The notes under the pieces are model-generated. The model was not told the origin of the DNA and did not search any database. It worked only from the letters and a program-made list of their open reading frames with translations. 64,000 bases of DNA from Planctomycetota bacterium (lineage in GTDB: Bacteria > Planctomycetota > B15-G4 > SIAN01), in the NCBI GenBank assembly GCA_031409275.1, contig JANNXA010000055.1:64001-128000 (forward strand). Reading direction: 5' to 3'. This document shows positions 1 through 10,175 of the stretch, one piece after another. Both the position numbers and the translations under genes were made by a program. How positions within the stretch are numbered: position 1 is the stretch's first letter; every line of letters starts with the position of its first letter.

Positions 1-948
1 CTCGACTTCGGACGTCGGCATCGCGACGGTCGTCAGCAACCGCGCTTTCCAAGCATCCTTCGGGTCGACCTCGGAGTGGGTGGCCGTCCCGTGTCCGACG
101 GCGAACTCGCCGTAGCGGCGGTACAGCATCGCCATCTCGCGCTCCTCACGAGACAAGTCGGTGCCGTCGTCGAACTTGCCGCGCATCGACGGCCGACGCT
201 CGAACACCGAGGAACCGTCGACGCCCTCGACGGCCAGCTCGACTTGGAAGAGCCACGCACTGCCCGCCTTCTCGTCCTGCACTTCTTCTTGCTCGTTGAC
301 CAGGAAGAGCGTGACGACCCACTGGTCGTTCAACTTTCGGACGATGCCCTCGACGTGGACCTCGGGCTTCCGCGCATCAGGGCTGACCTTCGCGATCGGC
401 CCTTCGCGCAACGCGACGGTGAACGGTTCGCCTCCGTGGGGCGTGCGCTTCCAGACCTTTTGCGGGTTGCCGCTCTTGGTCTCGAGCGAGGCGCTGTCGG
501 TGCGCTGGTACTGGCCCCATGCGGCCGTGACCCGAACCTGCGTCACATGCTTCGCGACGACGAAGCTGAGGCCCAGCGACGAGGGAAACATCGTCCCCGT
601 GCGGACACCGGAGAACTCTCGCGTGCCCTCCTCCCGGCTGTCGGGATGGTCGCCGGTCTCGATCGTGTCGTCTTCGCGCTGATCGAGGCTCGTTTCCTTC
701 GGCGCGAGCATCCCGACGAGGTAGCGGTCCTTGACCGAAGACTCGTCGACCTCTTCGTCGGGGCCACCGGCCGGTCCTTGGAGTTCGAGCCGCACGAGGC
801 GATCGATCTCCAAGCGGATGGTCGGCAGGCTCGGCGTGCGCGGAGCCACGAGCTGGGCGTCGGTCTTAGCGGAGGGGGCCATCTCCATCGCTCGAACCTG
901 AGGCTCGGCAGGAGATCGCACCGGCTTGTCGGGATCAGGATCGGGCAC
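1..948 (-). CDS. drmA: DISARM helicase DrmA, N-terminal part (runs off the left edge; absent from the ORF track because there is no stop in the window)
   Basis: GTG at 948 preceded by GAGGAG. Own translation gives ...LQGPAGGPDEEVDESSVKDRYLVGMLAP...MFPSSLGLSF...LYRRYGEFAVGHG, typical of the DrmA N-terminus. Lies directly downstream of drmD-drmMI. Confidence 0.85.
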   Translation of the reverse strand, partial: MPDPDPDKPVRSPAEPQVRAMEMAPSAKTDAQLVAPRTPSLPTIRLEIDRLVRLELQGPAGGPDEEVDESSVKDRYLVGMLAPKETSLDQREDDTIETGDHPDSREEGTREFSGVRTGTMFPSSLGLSFVVAKHVTQVRVTAAWGQYQRTDSASLETKSGNPQKVWKRTPHGGEPFTVALREGPIAKVSPDARKPEVHVEGIVRKLNDQWVVTLFLVNEQEEVQDEKAGSAWLFQVELAVEGVDGSSVFERRPSMRGKFDDGTDLSREEREMAMLYRRYGEFAVGHGTATHSEVDPKDAWKARLLTTVAMPTSEVE

Positions 949-952
949 TCGA

Positions 953-3900
953 TTACTCCTCTACCTCAGCAGCGTGACGGGTGTGATTCAGGGCGAGCAG
1001 ACGGTCGAGGATCTCCGCACGGAGCGAGTCCTGCATCGAGAACCTCACGCCCTCGACCAGTGTGTGGAAGCCGTGTTCAGGCTGGAGATCGGACCATTCG
1101 TAGGCGGCCAGCGTCGCGCGGTCCATCTCGGCCATCAAGGACCGCAGAACACCCACATCCTCGTCGTTGCACGCGGGGTCATGGAACTTGTTGTAGAGGG
1201 ACGTGAGGCCGCAACGGCGCACTCTCATGCTGCCAAGGCGCGCGCTCTCAAACTCTGAGGCGGCTGCTCGCACATCATCGGACCCTGGAGGACATGGAAA
1301 GGTAGAAAAGCACGCGGTTATCGAATAGCTGAGTGTGCTGCCGAGGTGCGAGATGTAGTTGAGTGCCCACGCGCTATGTATGCCAGAGCACAGCACTCCA
1401 AAGAGGTGCCAATCAAAGCGTCGCAGAAAGATCAACTTGTTGGACAAGATCCAGCTTGAAGGAACCACCGCCACATTGAGGTACTTGGAAACGACAGGGA
1501 TCACGATGGCTTGCTCGGACGATTGGCGCAGCTCCGCATAGGCTGCGGCCCTCTTGTCCCAGTGCTTCCAATAGCACGCTTCATGGATCTGACGGTGAAG
1601 CACGTCACGCTGTGGGCGAACAAGGCGACGCACTCGTTCGATTGCTTCTGGGAACTCAGCAAACTGATCCTCGCTCAAGTCGTCCGCACAAATCACCCAG
1701 CTCGAAGGCTCATGGCCGGGAGAAGTGTTCACGTCCATGCCATTGACATACGGTCGGAGAATCTGCGAATAGCGAGGGTTGCTCCGCATCCACGCATGCG
1801 CCGTGTCAAACGACACCGTGAAACCGTCCCCGAGTAGAACCGTGCCCTGCGAAACGAGCCCCTTGTTCGACGGCAAGACATGTGGAGTCCGGCTATTGGC
1901 ACGTGAATCCAGGAATGAAGTGATTGCCGACACAGGGGTGTCGTTCAATAACGGCGTTCCCTTGTGTACACCGGAAATCAAGACGCAAGGACTAACGACG
2001 ACTCCAGCCGCACCCGGCCAAGGAATTGCCGTTCTGGACCAACAGATTGTCCATCCACGCGACAACAACCACTCAAGTCCGATCTCGCGACCCTTGCCTT
2101 CCGCGATCGCTTTGCTCAGCACCAAGCCCATAGCCCCTCGCCTATGGAGTAGCTCGCTCGCTCGCAACAGAAAGTAGACAACCAGGTCAGCGTTGCCCCG
2201 ACGATGCCTCCAGCGATTCTTGATCGAGGCCAGGACAGAATCGCCTATCGCCTCCGCAATTCGCATCGATCCCAAGAACGGCGGATTCCCGACGACGCAG
2301 TCGAAGCCTTTCGGTCGAGACTCATGATCGAAGACTTCTGGAAACTCCAAGAGCCAATGAAATGGACCGCTGTAGCCGCTATCGATAGGAACATTACGCG
2401 CGAACGAAGCGACATTCTGCTGGGTCAGCGTTGCACGCCTTAGCGCGGACTCGCTGGCAGCTCCAGAATCCTCCAGCAGCGTGAGAAGGTCAGACGCGAG
2501 GTCTTGAATGGTATCGCTGGGCTGGTGGCTGGATTTGTCCTTCGAAGCGGAATTGAGATGCCAAGCAACCAGACCATCGGCAGCGATGTGCAAGTCATGT
2601 GTAGCACGCTCGGCTGTGGTCAGAAGTTGCGCCTTGTGCTCCACGTCTCTTGTGCTTTCCGTCGGGAGCACTTCCAATTGTTCGCGAAGTGAGCGCGCGA
2701 CCGCAAGCGTGCGGCGGACTGCCCCCGAGGCCAGCAACAATTGAGCACCACTGTCGGCTAGGCTAAGTCTTTCAAGCTGCCAACTGTGGACCACACCGAG
2801 GAGGGCATCTCCACATCGCATGCTGTGGTCCAGGAAGCCGAAGGGCTTGTCCCGCTGCAAGGTAACCAGCCAGAGCGAGAGCTTCGCCATCTCGATGGCC
2901 GACGGATTGATGTCGACGCCATAGAGGCATCGGTCCGCCACAACGCGGCGAGCGATCGCTTGTCGCTCCGCGTCGTCCTTCGGGATGATCCGTTCCCCTT
3001 GCGCTCCGGTCGAAAGGCCACCCTCGGGCGTCACGAGCAGCCGCCCTGGGTTCGCGGTTTCGAGCAGCTCCCACGCCTCGACGAGTCGCTCGGCGAGGTA
3101 GCGGCACGCCTGCACGAGGAACGCGCCTGACCCACAGGCGAGGTCGCACACGCGGAGCGCGAGGATCTCCACCGGCGTCCTCAGCTTCCACTCGGCCTCG
3201 GGGAGACCTTCGGCGGGTCCGACGTACACGAGCGGTTCGAGCGCGTACCGAACGACGGGCTCCGTCAAGCTCGGCGGCGTGTAGTGCGTGCCCGTGCTGC
3301 GTCGATCCGCGCCCGCCGTGACGTACACGCTGTCCTTCGGATACACGGCCGGTTGCTGGCGACGATCTTCGCGAACCAACCCGGCGACCGGCTTCACGCG
3401 CCCATACAGGTCGTGGTCGTTACCGCACGCGACCAGCCAGCGCGCCGAATCGTCTTCGATCTCGTACTCGAGGTCCTTTTTGATCGAAGGCTCGGAGCGC
3501 CCGGTCTTCTCCTTCACGAACGAAACGAGCTTCGACGGATCGCTCGCGTCGTAGCACTGCTCCAGCTCGCGCAGCTCGATCTCGGGCTCCTCGCCCTTTG
3601 GCCCCTTGAGGCTGACCACGGCGTCGGCCGCGCGCTTCGCCGTGTGATCAAGCAGGCTCTCGTAGACGTTGCCGATCTGCTCGACACCCAGCTCGCGGAA
3701 CGACAGACGCCGTGTCTCGGCTCCGTTCGCGCCCGTGTCTCGCACGCGCAGGACCTGCAGCGCCTCGAGCACGAACAGCACCGTCGCGTCGTCGACACCG
3801 AGCGGCGATGCCTGGACGGTGTGCCAGCTCTCGCCCGGCTTGCGACCTTCCAGGAACGGGAAGCGGTCGGGATCGAACAGGTGCCCGCCGTACGCGGGCA

Positions 3901-4999
3901 GTCGCATGTCCTCGTGGACGACGCCACCGTGGATCGCGCGGAAACACGCCAGCAGACGACACCAGGCGGACGACCGACGTTCGAGCACGTCGGGGCCGAG
4001 ACGGTCGGCGTCGGCGCGCAGGGTCGCACCGAGCGGCGAGAGCGCGTAGTGCCGCTGGTAGAAGGTCGACTTCGCGACCGGGAAGTACAGGTCGGCCTGC
4101 TCTTCCAGGTAGAAGACGAAGACGAGACGCATCATCACCGTCACGGCGGCCTCGTAGACCTGCTTCTCCGACACTCCGGCGAGGACCGTGCGGTTGGAGC
4201 GGCGGTCGAGTTCGTCGATGCGGCGCACGAGCAGCTCGATCGCCTCGCGCACCTGCAAGCCGAGCTGGATCGTGACGTCGTGCTGGTGCTCGGCGCTGCG
4301 TTCGATCAGGCGCTCAAGCGTGTCGTCGACGGCTCCAAGCGTGCGGCGCACGCCGAGCAGCGTGCGGAACGACTGGAGTGTGATCTTCTCCTCGAACCAC
4401 AGCGAGGCGTGCCAGGTCACGAACGTCGTCGTGCCCTTGTGCGGGGCGGACACGAGCACCCACTGCTCGCCGTTCGTCACGAGGCCGAGCGACAGGCCGG
4501 AGACGGAGGAGCCGCGTAGCAGCTCGACCATCCGCGTCAGGGGCGAGGCCTTCCAGTGAGCGTTCTCCAGGGCCCGTTGGAGATCCGTGTCGGGATCGTG
4601 CATCTGGATCACCAGGCGCGCAGGGCGATCGCCTTGGTCGACGATTCCGAGCAGGGCGACGTCGGGCTGGAGCGTCTCGCCGTGCAGGGCAGCGCGCACG
4701 CGGAGCTTGGCCGGGATTGCCGGACCATCGACGAGGACCTCGGGTCCATACTCGAGCGCACGCGACAGCACGAAGCGGATCCACTGCGTGTGGTAGGCAC
4801 GATCGTCGGAGTGCGCGTTCCATTCCCCGTGAGCGGCTTTCAGCTCGGCGCGTACGTCGCGATCGTCAGCTTCGAGTCCCTGCGGCAGGGCTTCCTTTAG
4901 GACGGGCAGCGACAGGAACGGGCCCGACACGTCGACCAGGCGCAGCCACTCGAGGTGACTTGCTCCCGCAGTCGGGGGTTTCGGCGCGCGGCGTTGCAT
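953..4999 (-). CDS. drmMI: DISARM class I adenine DNA methyltransferase DrmMI (Eco57I-like)
   Basis: Motifs TGTHYTP, DLACGSGAFL, YGVDIN and GNPPF; C-terminal TRD-like region; sits between drmD and drmA. Start taken at ATG 4999 (MQRRAPK), in frame with ORF 953..5077. Confidence 0.88.
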   Translation of the reverse strand: MQRRAPKPPTAGASHLEWLRLVDVSGPFLSLPVLKEALPQGLEADDRDVRAELKAAHGEWNAHSDDRAYHTQWIRFVLSRALEYGPEVLVDGPAIPAKLRVRAALHGETLQPDVALLGIVDQGDRPARLVIQMHDPDTDLQRALENAHWKASPLTRMVELLRGSSVSGLSLGLVTNGEQWVLVSAPHKGTTTFVTWHASLWFEEKITLQSFRTLLGVRRTLGAVDDTLERLIERSAEHQHDVTIQLGLQVREAIELLVRRIDELDRRSNRTVLAGVSEKQVYEAAVTVMMRLVFVFYLEEQADLYFPVAKSTFYQRHYALSPLGATLRADADRLGPDVLERRSSAWCRLLACFRAIHGGVVHEDMRLPAYGGHLFDPDRFPFLEGRKPGESWHTVQASPLGVDDATVLFVLEALQVLRVRDTGANGAETRRLSFRELGVEQIGNVYESLLDHTAKRAADAVVSLKGPKGEEPEIELRELEQCYDASDPSKLVSFVKEKTGRSEPSIKKDLEYEIEDDSARWLVACGNDHDLYGRVKPVAGLVREDRRQQPAVYPKDSVYVTAGADRRSTGTHYTPPSLTEPVVRYALEPLVYVGPAEGLPEAEWKLRTPVEILALRVCDLACGSGAFLVQACRYLAERLVEAWELLETANPGRLLVTPEGGLSTGAQGERIIPKDDAERQAIARRVVADRCLYGVDINPSAIEMAKLSLWLVTLQRDKPFGFLDHSMRCGDALLGVVHSWQLERLSLADSGAQLLLASGAVRRTLAVARSLREQLEVLPTESTRDVEHKAQLLTTAERATHDLHIAADGLVAWHLNSASKDKSSHQPSDTIQDLASDLLTLLEDSGAASESALRRATLTQQNVASFARNVPIDSGYSGPFHWLLEFPEVFDHESRPKGFDCVVGNPPFLGSMRIAEAIGDSVLASIKNRWRHRRGNADLVVYFLLRASELLHRRGAMGLVLSKAIAEGKGREIGLEWLLSRGWTICWSRTAIPWPGAAGVVVSPCVLISGVHKGTPLLNDTPVSAITSFLDSRANSRTPHVLPSNKGLVSQGTVLLGDGFTVSFDTAHAWMRSNPRYSQILRPYVNGMDVNTSPGHEPSSWVICADDLSEDQFAEFPEAIERVRRLVRPQRDVLHRQIHEACYWKHWDKRAAAYAELRQSSEQAIVIPVVSKYLNVAVVPSSWILSNKLIFLRRFDWHLFGVLCSGIHSAWALNYISHLGSTLSYSITACFSTFPCPPGSDDVRAAASEFESARLGSMRVRRCGLTSLYNKFHDPACNDEDVGVLRSLMAEMDRATLAAYEWSDLQPEHGFHTLVEGVRFSMQDSLRAEILDRLLALNHTRHAAEVEE

Positions 5000-5015
5000 G
5001 GGTGGTCTTTGGCTC

Positions 5016-8000
5016 TCACCACGACTCGGGAACGAGGAACGCAACAGCGACCGGGAAGCTCCAAGGCTTCGGATCACGGAAGCGGCGACGTAGTTCGGCC
5101 TGCTCCGCGCGCACGCGATCGGGAATCCGAATCAGTTCTTCCCGCAAGCTATCTGCGTCGCGAATCCATTGCGCCTGTTCGAGCGCGGTGAACAATCCGA
5201 GTTGCGTCTGTTTGCGCTCTTCGAGTTCGGTTTCGATCTGCTTCTGGAGTTCGGCGAAGATCGCCTCGATCTTCTTGCACTCGTCCTCGGCACGGTCCTC
5301 GAGCATCGTGTGCAGGTTCTTCGTGCGTTGCTGCTCGCGGAATTGCAGGGCTTCTCCGAGCGGTTTCTCGATGCGTGGCCAGAGAGCGCGGATGCGCTGC
5401 CGTTGCGCGTCGGTCGCGGATCGATCGGAGAGAGCACGTTCGATGCGCGATGTCTCCTCGACGGTATCGAAGCGCCGGAAACGGCCATCGCTCACGTAGC
5501 CACCGGACACGATCACCTGCTCGTGCAGGCGATGGCCGTCTGTTCCGAGGACGAGGATGCGCGACCACGCGACCACGGCGAGTTCCTTGCTCACGCTCGC
5601 CGGGACCGTGCAGGCCACGACACGATGGATCTGGCGTGCATCCTGCCCGGCGGAGATCTCCGCGCGCAGGAGCCGTTGCGACATGTCCACCAGCCGGTGG
5701 TTGAGGTGGGCGAGCACCACGTCATCGCGATCCTTCGCCACTCCGTGATCGAACGTGATCGGACGTTCCTTCTTCGTGTGCGGGTGCAGCAGACCGGCAA
5801 GGCATCCGCCCCACGCGCCGGTGAGCTTCGGCATCCAGAAGGTCTGCGAGCGAGCGTCGACGGGCCGTAGCGCAGGCTGCCGAGCGAGCCGCAGGGCAAC
5901 CTCGACCACACGGCGCACGGACTCGGGCGTGATGTGCAGCTCTTCGCGCGACTCGTCCAACGTGCGCCGAAGGCGAGCAACCTCCTCGGCGAGCTTGCGT
6001 TGGAACGAGAGCAGGCGGCGGATCGGCTCCGCTTCTTTCTCGGCGCGCGACGTGTCGATGTCGCGACGCTTCCCGAGCATGGCCTCCTCGACCTGCCTCG
6101 CGATGACCGGGCTCACCTTGCCGAACAGGTCGCTACCGATCAGCTGGATCTTCTTCGCAGCGACCATGAGGAACTCGAGGTCGCCGTCGAGATCGCCGGG
6201 TCGAGTGTTCGCGTCTCCCACGTTCTGGCGGTAGTCGGCCCCCACGAAGTGGAAGATCTCGGGTGCGAACTTCTGTCCATGGCGATCGATGCGACCATTG
6301 CGCTGTTCGAGAACGTTCGGGTTCCAGGGAATCTCGATGTGGATGAGTCGGTGGCAGTGGTTCTGGAGGTCGATCCCCTCGGAAGCCATGTCAGTGGCGA
6401 GGAGGATGCGGACCTTCGACTGCGCCGGGTCGGACTGGAAGGCGGCCTTGATGCGCTCGCGGTCGTCCTCGTCCATGCCGCCGTAGAGCAATTCGAGACG
6501 TTCGTCGACCGCGAAGCCGTGATGGGCGAGGATCCCATGGAGCCAGTTCTGGGTCGCGCGGTACTCGGTGAAGAGAATCACGCGCTCGTCGTTCCACCTG
6601 CCACCCGGGCGCAGCGTCACTTCGAGCCAGCGCAGGAGTTCGGCCGTCTTCGAGTCGGGGCGGTTCACTGCCTGGCGCGCTCGCGTGCTCAAGTCCTGGA
6701 GCAGTCGCTTCTCTTCGGCTCCCAGTTCGTCGAACGCGTTCGTCGACGCGACGATCGCATCCCCAAGATCCTCTTCGTGTTCGTCGTCGGTCGTTTCCTC
6801 GGGATCTTCGGCGGCTTGAAGCTGGCGACGCAGCACGCCTTCGGGAACCAATCGCTTGGGTGAGGCCTTCTCCTCGATCCCGCGCAGCGTCTTGACGTGC
6901 TTGTCGAGCGTGTCCGCGAAGGCCTGCGGCGAAGAGAACATCCGCTTCTTCAGCAACTTCAGCACGAACTCGGTCCCGATCGAGCGCGCACCGCTGGATC
7001 CACTTTCAGCTACACGACGCAGCTCTCCGTATCGCTTCAGGTCCTGGTAGAGCGCCTTCTCCTCGACGGTGTAGTGGATCGAAATCGCCTGGAGTTGGCG
7101 CTCGAGGAAAATGCGCTTTCCTTGCTCATCGACGAGCTCCGTCTTCAGGCGACGAACCGTCACTGCCTGCACCTGCTTGGGATCCTGGCGACGTACACCC
7201 CGCGTGAACCGCTGGTCGTCGAGCAGGTGCAGGAGCGCAGAGAAGCTCTCGGGAGAACCGTTGTGCGGCGTCGCTGAGAGGAAGAGCTTGTGCTCGAAGT
7301 GCGGTGCGAGCAACCGGATCGCGTCGGTGCGTTGGGATTCGATCGCGTAGTTCCCGCCCCCCGATGGAGCGATGTTGTGCGCTTCGTCGACGATCAGGAG
7401 TCCGTGGCGGCGCGGATAAGTCGGCTCGGTCGAGCCCGGGAGCGTCTCGCGGAAGAGTCGCAGCGGCATTTCGCGCTTCAGGTAGTCCATCGACGTGATC
7501 AAGCGCGGGAAGTGCGTCCACGGATTGACGTGAAGTCCGCGCTCACGACGCAGTCGCTTCATCGCCTCCGAGTCGACGATCACGAAGTCGAGACCGAACT
7601 TGTCGCGCATCTCGTCCTTCCACTTCGCGTTCAGCGCAGCGGGGCAGACGACGAGCACGTTCTGGATACGGTGGCGGAGCAGCAGCTCCTGGAGGACGAG
7701 CCCAGCTTCGATCGTCTTGCCGAGCCCCACATCGTCGGCGATCAGCAGGTTGACGCGCGGCATCTTGATCGCGCGAACGACGGGTTCGAGCTGGAAGCTC
7801 TCGATCGTCACACCGCTGCGGAAAGGCGACTGCAGCGAGCTCGCATCGGCCGACGAGACGGTGCCCCAACGGACCGCGTCGAGGAACGCGGAGAAACACT
7901 CGGGGTCGTCGAAGCCGTCCGGACGCGGCAGCTCGGGGCGTCCACGATTGACGATCCGCGCGCCCGGTTCGATCTCCCAGATGACCTCGAGCTCCTCACC

Positions 8001-8168
8001 CCATCCGTCTTCGTCCATCGAGGAGAGGCGGACGACGTGACTCGCTTCGTTCGTCGGCGGGTGGAGCGGGTCCTTCGGCAGCGAGGAGCTGACCACCTCG
8101 CGGACCACCCACTGACGACGGCGCACCTCGACGGAGTCGGCGGATTGGGGGACGGCTTGGGTCGTCAT
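5016..8168 (-). CDS. drmD: DISARM SNF2-like helicase DrmD
   Basis: LIADDVGLGKT, DEAH, LSATPHNG, SEGIDLQ and LEQRNGRIDRHGQ. N-terminal VEVRRRQWVV and QSPFRSGV are typical of DrmD. Confidence 0.9.
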   Translation of the reverse strand: MTTQAVPQSADSVEVRRRQWVVREVVSSSLPKDPLHPPTNEASHVVRLSSMDEDGWGEELEVIWEIEPGARIVNRGRPELPRPDGFDDPECFSAFLDAVRWGTVSSADASSLQSPFRSGVTIESFQLEPVVRAIKMPRVNLLIADDVGLGKTIEAGLVLQELLLRHRIQNVLVVCPAALNAKWKDEMRDKFGLDFVIVDSEAMKRLRRERGLHVNPWTHFPRLITSMDYLKREMPLRLFRETLPGSTEPTYPRRHGLLIVDEAHNIAPSGGGNYAIESQRTDAIRLLAPHFEHKLFLSATPHNGSPESFSALLHLLDDQRFTRGVRRQDPKQVQAVTVRRLKTELVDEQGKRIFLERQLQAISIHYTVEEKALYQDLKRYGELRRVAESGSSGARSIGTEFVLKLLKKRMFSSPQAFADTLDKHVKTLRGIEEKASPKRLVPEGVLRRQLQAAEDPEETTDDEHEEDLGDAIVASTNAFDELGAEEKRLLQDLSTRARQAVNRPDSKTAELLRWLEVTLRPGGRWNDERVILFTEYRATQNWLHGILAHHGFAVDERLELLYGGMDEDDRERIKAAFQSDPAQSKVRILLATDMASEGIDLQNHCHRLIHIEIPWNPNVLEQRNGRIDRHGQKFAPEIFHFVGADYRQNVGDANTRPGDLDGDLEFLMVAAKKIQLIGSDLFGKVSPVIARQVEEAMLGKRRDIDTSRAEKEAEPIRRLLSFQRKLAEEVARLRRTLDESREELHITPESVRRVVEVALRLARQPALRPVDARSQTFWMPKLTGAWGGCLAGLLHPHTKKERPITFDHGVAKDRDDVVLAHLNHRLVDMSQRLLRAEISAGQDARQIHRVVACTVPASVSKELAVVAWSRILVLGTDGHRLHEQVIVSGGYVSDGRFRRFDTVEETSRIERALSDRSATDAQRQRIRALWPRIEKPLGEALQFREQQRTKNLHTMLEDRAEDECKKIEAIFAELQKQIETELEERKQTQLGLFTALEQAQWIRDADSLREELIRIPDRVRAEQAELRRRFRDPKPWSFPVAVAFLVPESW

Positions 8169-8685
8169 CGCGACTCTCGCAGATCGCCATGCGGCCGCCT
8201 CGTCCGCAGATCGGCGAGATCGCCGTTCAGGTCAAGCGTCGCAGGTCCCACGCGGGCGCGTCGTTGCACTTCTCCGAAGTCTCCGACCGCGAAGTCGCTC
8301 TCGATGACCGGGCGCCGGTCAACGCCGTCAGCTGAAGTCGTGAGGACCCGAGCAGCCGGTGTGCTCACTTCGAGTCGCACCATGCTTCCCCCCTGCGACA
8401 ATGTCGGAGCTGTCCCTCCGCCGCCGGACGAGCGGGCGGTCACGAGGGAGCATCCCGTGAGCCTCGGCGATCAACAAGCCACTCAAATTCGTCTGGCTCA
8501 CCATAGGAGTGGCTTGCCGCGCGGGTCGGACGCTTCGACATCGAGACGTTCGGAGCGGTGTGTTCGTGTTTCGTTTGGTATCGCCGTTCAGCAAGCGATA
8601 ATCAGGAAGGCGAACGGGAACGCGCATTCATTGAAGGCGTCGGTACGGCGACATGGCGTGCCCGATCGCTTGGGGGGTACGGAAC

Positions 8686-10134
8686 ATGGCCACGCAGCCG
8701 CCGATCCGCGAAGTCGAGATGACGCTTGCCGACCTGCACGCGGCCCGCGCCGCCTACAACCCTCGCGTCATGCCCGAGCATGAGGCCGCCGCCCTCAAGA
8801 CATCGATCGAGCGCTTCGGGCTCGTCCAGCCGCTGATCTGGAACGCCCGCACCAAGCGCCTGGTCGGCGGCCATCAGCGCCTCGACGCCCTTCTCGCACT
8901 GGGTGAGACCCGTACAAAAGTGATCGTCGTCGACCTCGACGAGTGGGACGAGAAGGCGCTGAACCTCGCCTTGAACCGCGTCCACGGCGAGTGGGACTGG
9001 CCGAAGCTCGAGGCACTCCTGAATGAGCTTGCCGAACGCAATCCGGAGCTCCCTGCGATCGCCGGCTTCACCGACGCGGAGATGCAGCAGATCACCGACG
9101 AGGGGCACCTCCTCTACCTGCGGCTCAGCGAAACCAGGGCCGCTGCGCGCGCGGTTGAAGTCGCGGACGCGGCGGTCGTCGATCCGTCCGTGGACGACCA
9201 TGGCCCCGAAGCAGCGCCCGAGCAGCCGGTGACGCGGAGTGGCGATCTTTGGATCCTCGGCGAGCATCGCCTCCTCTGCGGCGACTCGACCAAGGCCGAA
9301 GATGTCACGCGCGTCCTGGCTGGCGAGCAGGCGACGCTGCTGGCCACCGACCCGCCCTACTGCGTCGACTACACCGGCACCAACCGCCCCACCCACGACG
9401 GCAAGCCGGGCGGCAAGGACTGGACCGACGTCTATCGCGAGATCGACATCGCCGACCTCGGGACGTTTCTCGATGGTTTTTTCACGGCTGCGATGCCGCA
9501 TCTGGCGCCGGATGCGCCGATCTATCTGTGGCATGCGCACATCCAGCAGCCGGTGATCCTCGCGACCTTCGCGAAGCACGGACTGCTCTTCCACCAAGTG
9601 ATCGTCTGGGTGAAGCCCGCTGGGGTCTTCGGCCACAGCTTCTTCCAGTGGCGCCACGAGCCGGCGGCCTTCGGCTGGCGTCAGGGCCACAAGCCTGAAC
9701 ACGGCCAAGCGCAGCTTGACACCGTCTGGGAGGTCGATTGGGATGGGAAGTCGAGGTTCTCGACGTTTCATCCGACCTCGAAGCCGCCGAAGCTGTTCGA
9801 GATCCCGATGGCGCTGCACACGAAGCCCGGCGACATCGTGCTCGAAGGGTTTTCAGGCAGCGGCAGCCAGATCATCGCGGCGGAGCGCATGGGCCGCCGT
9901 TGCCGCGCAATCGAACTGTCGCCAGCGTTTGTCGACGGGACGATCCTGCGCTGGCAGAAGGCGACCGGCAAGGTCGCGCGGCTGGCCATGGTGGCGGGCG
10001 CGAACGACGCGGGACCGAGCTTCGACGAGGTCAGCGCGCAGCGGCGTGCGGCGCCGGTGCCTGCCGAGCCGATGACCGCCGCGCCGACGCCCCCGCGCCG
10101 CAAGCGAGCCGCCCGCGCAGCGGCGGCGACCTGA
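8686..10134 (+). CDS. ParB-like N-terminal domain fused to an N4/N6 DNA methyltransferase (phage type)
   Basis: YNPR...SIERFGLVQPLIWN...GGHQRL (ParB-like); HRLLCGDST, TDPPY, HPTSKP and EGFSGSGS (beta-class MTase order). Confidence 0.88.
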   Translation: MATQPPIREVEMTLADLHAARAAYNPRVMPEHEAAALKTSIERFGLVQPLIWNARTKRLVGGHQRLDALLALGETRTKVIVVDLDEWDEKALNLALNRVHGEWDWPKLEALLNELAERNPELPAIAGFTDAEMQQITDEGHLLYLRLSETRAAARAVEVADAAVVDPSVDDHGPEAAPEQPVTRSGDLWILGEHRLLCGDSTKAEDVTRVLAGEQATLLATDPPYCVDYTGTNRPTHDGKPGGKDWTDVYREIDIADLGTFLDGFFTAAMPHLAPDAPIYLWHAHIQQPVILATFAKHGLLFHQVIVWVKPAGVFGHSFFQWRHEPAAFGWRQGHKPEHGQAQLDTVWEVDWDGKSRFSTFHPTSKPPKLFEIPMALHTKPGDIVLEGFSGSGSQIIAAERMGRRCRAIELSPAFVDGTILRWQKATGKVARLAMVAGANDAGPSFDEVSAQRRAAPVPAEPMTAAPTPPRRKRAARAAAAT

Positions 10135-10175
10135 TCCCGCGCGGCGATCCGAAGCGCTCGCAGTAGGAGTTTCGG

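Noticed and set aside
8165..8443. 92-aa ORF overlapping the drmD start
   Set aside because: No motif or convincing SD; may simply be the divergent promoter region.
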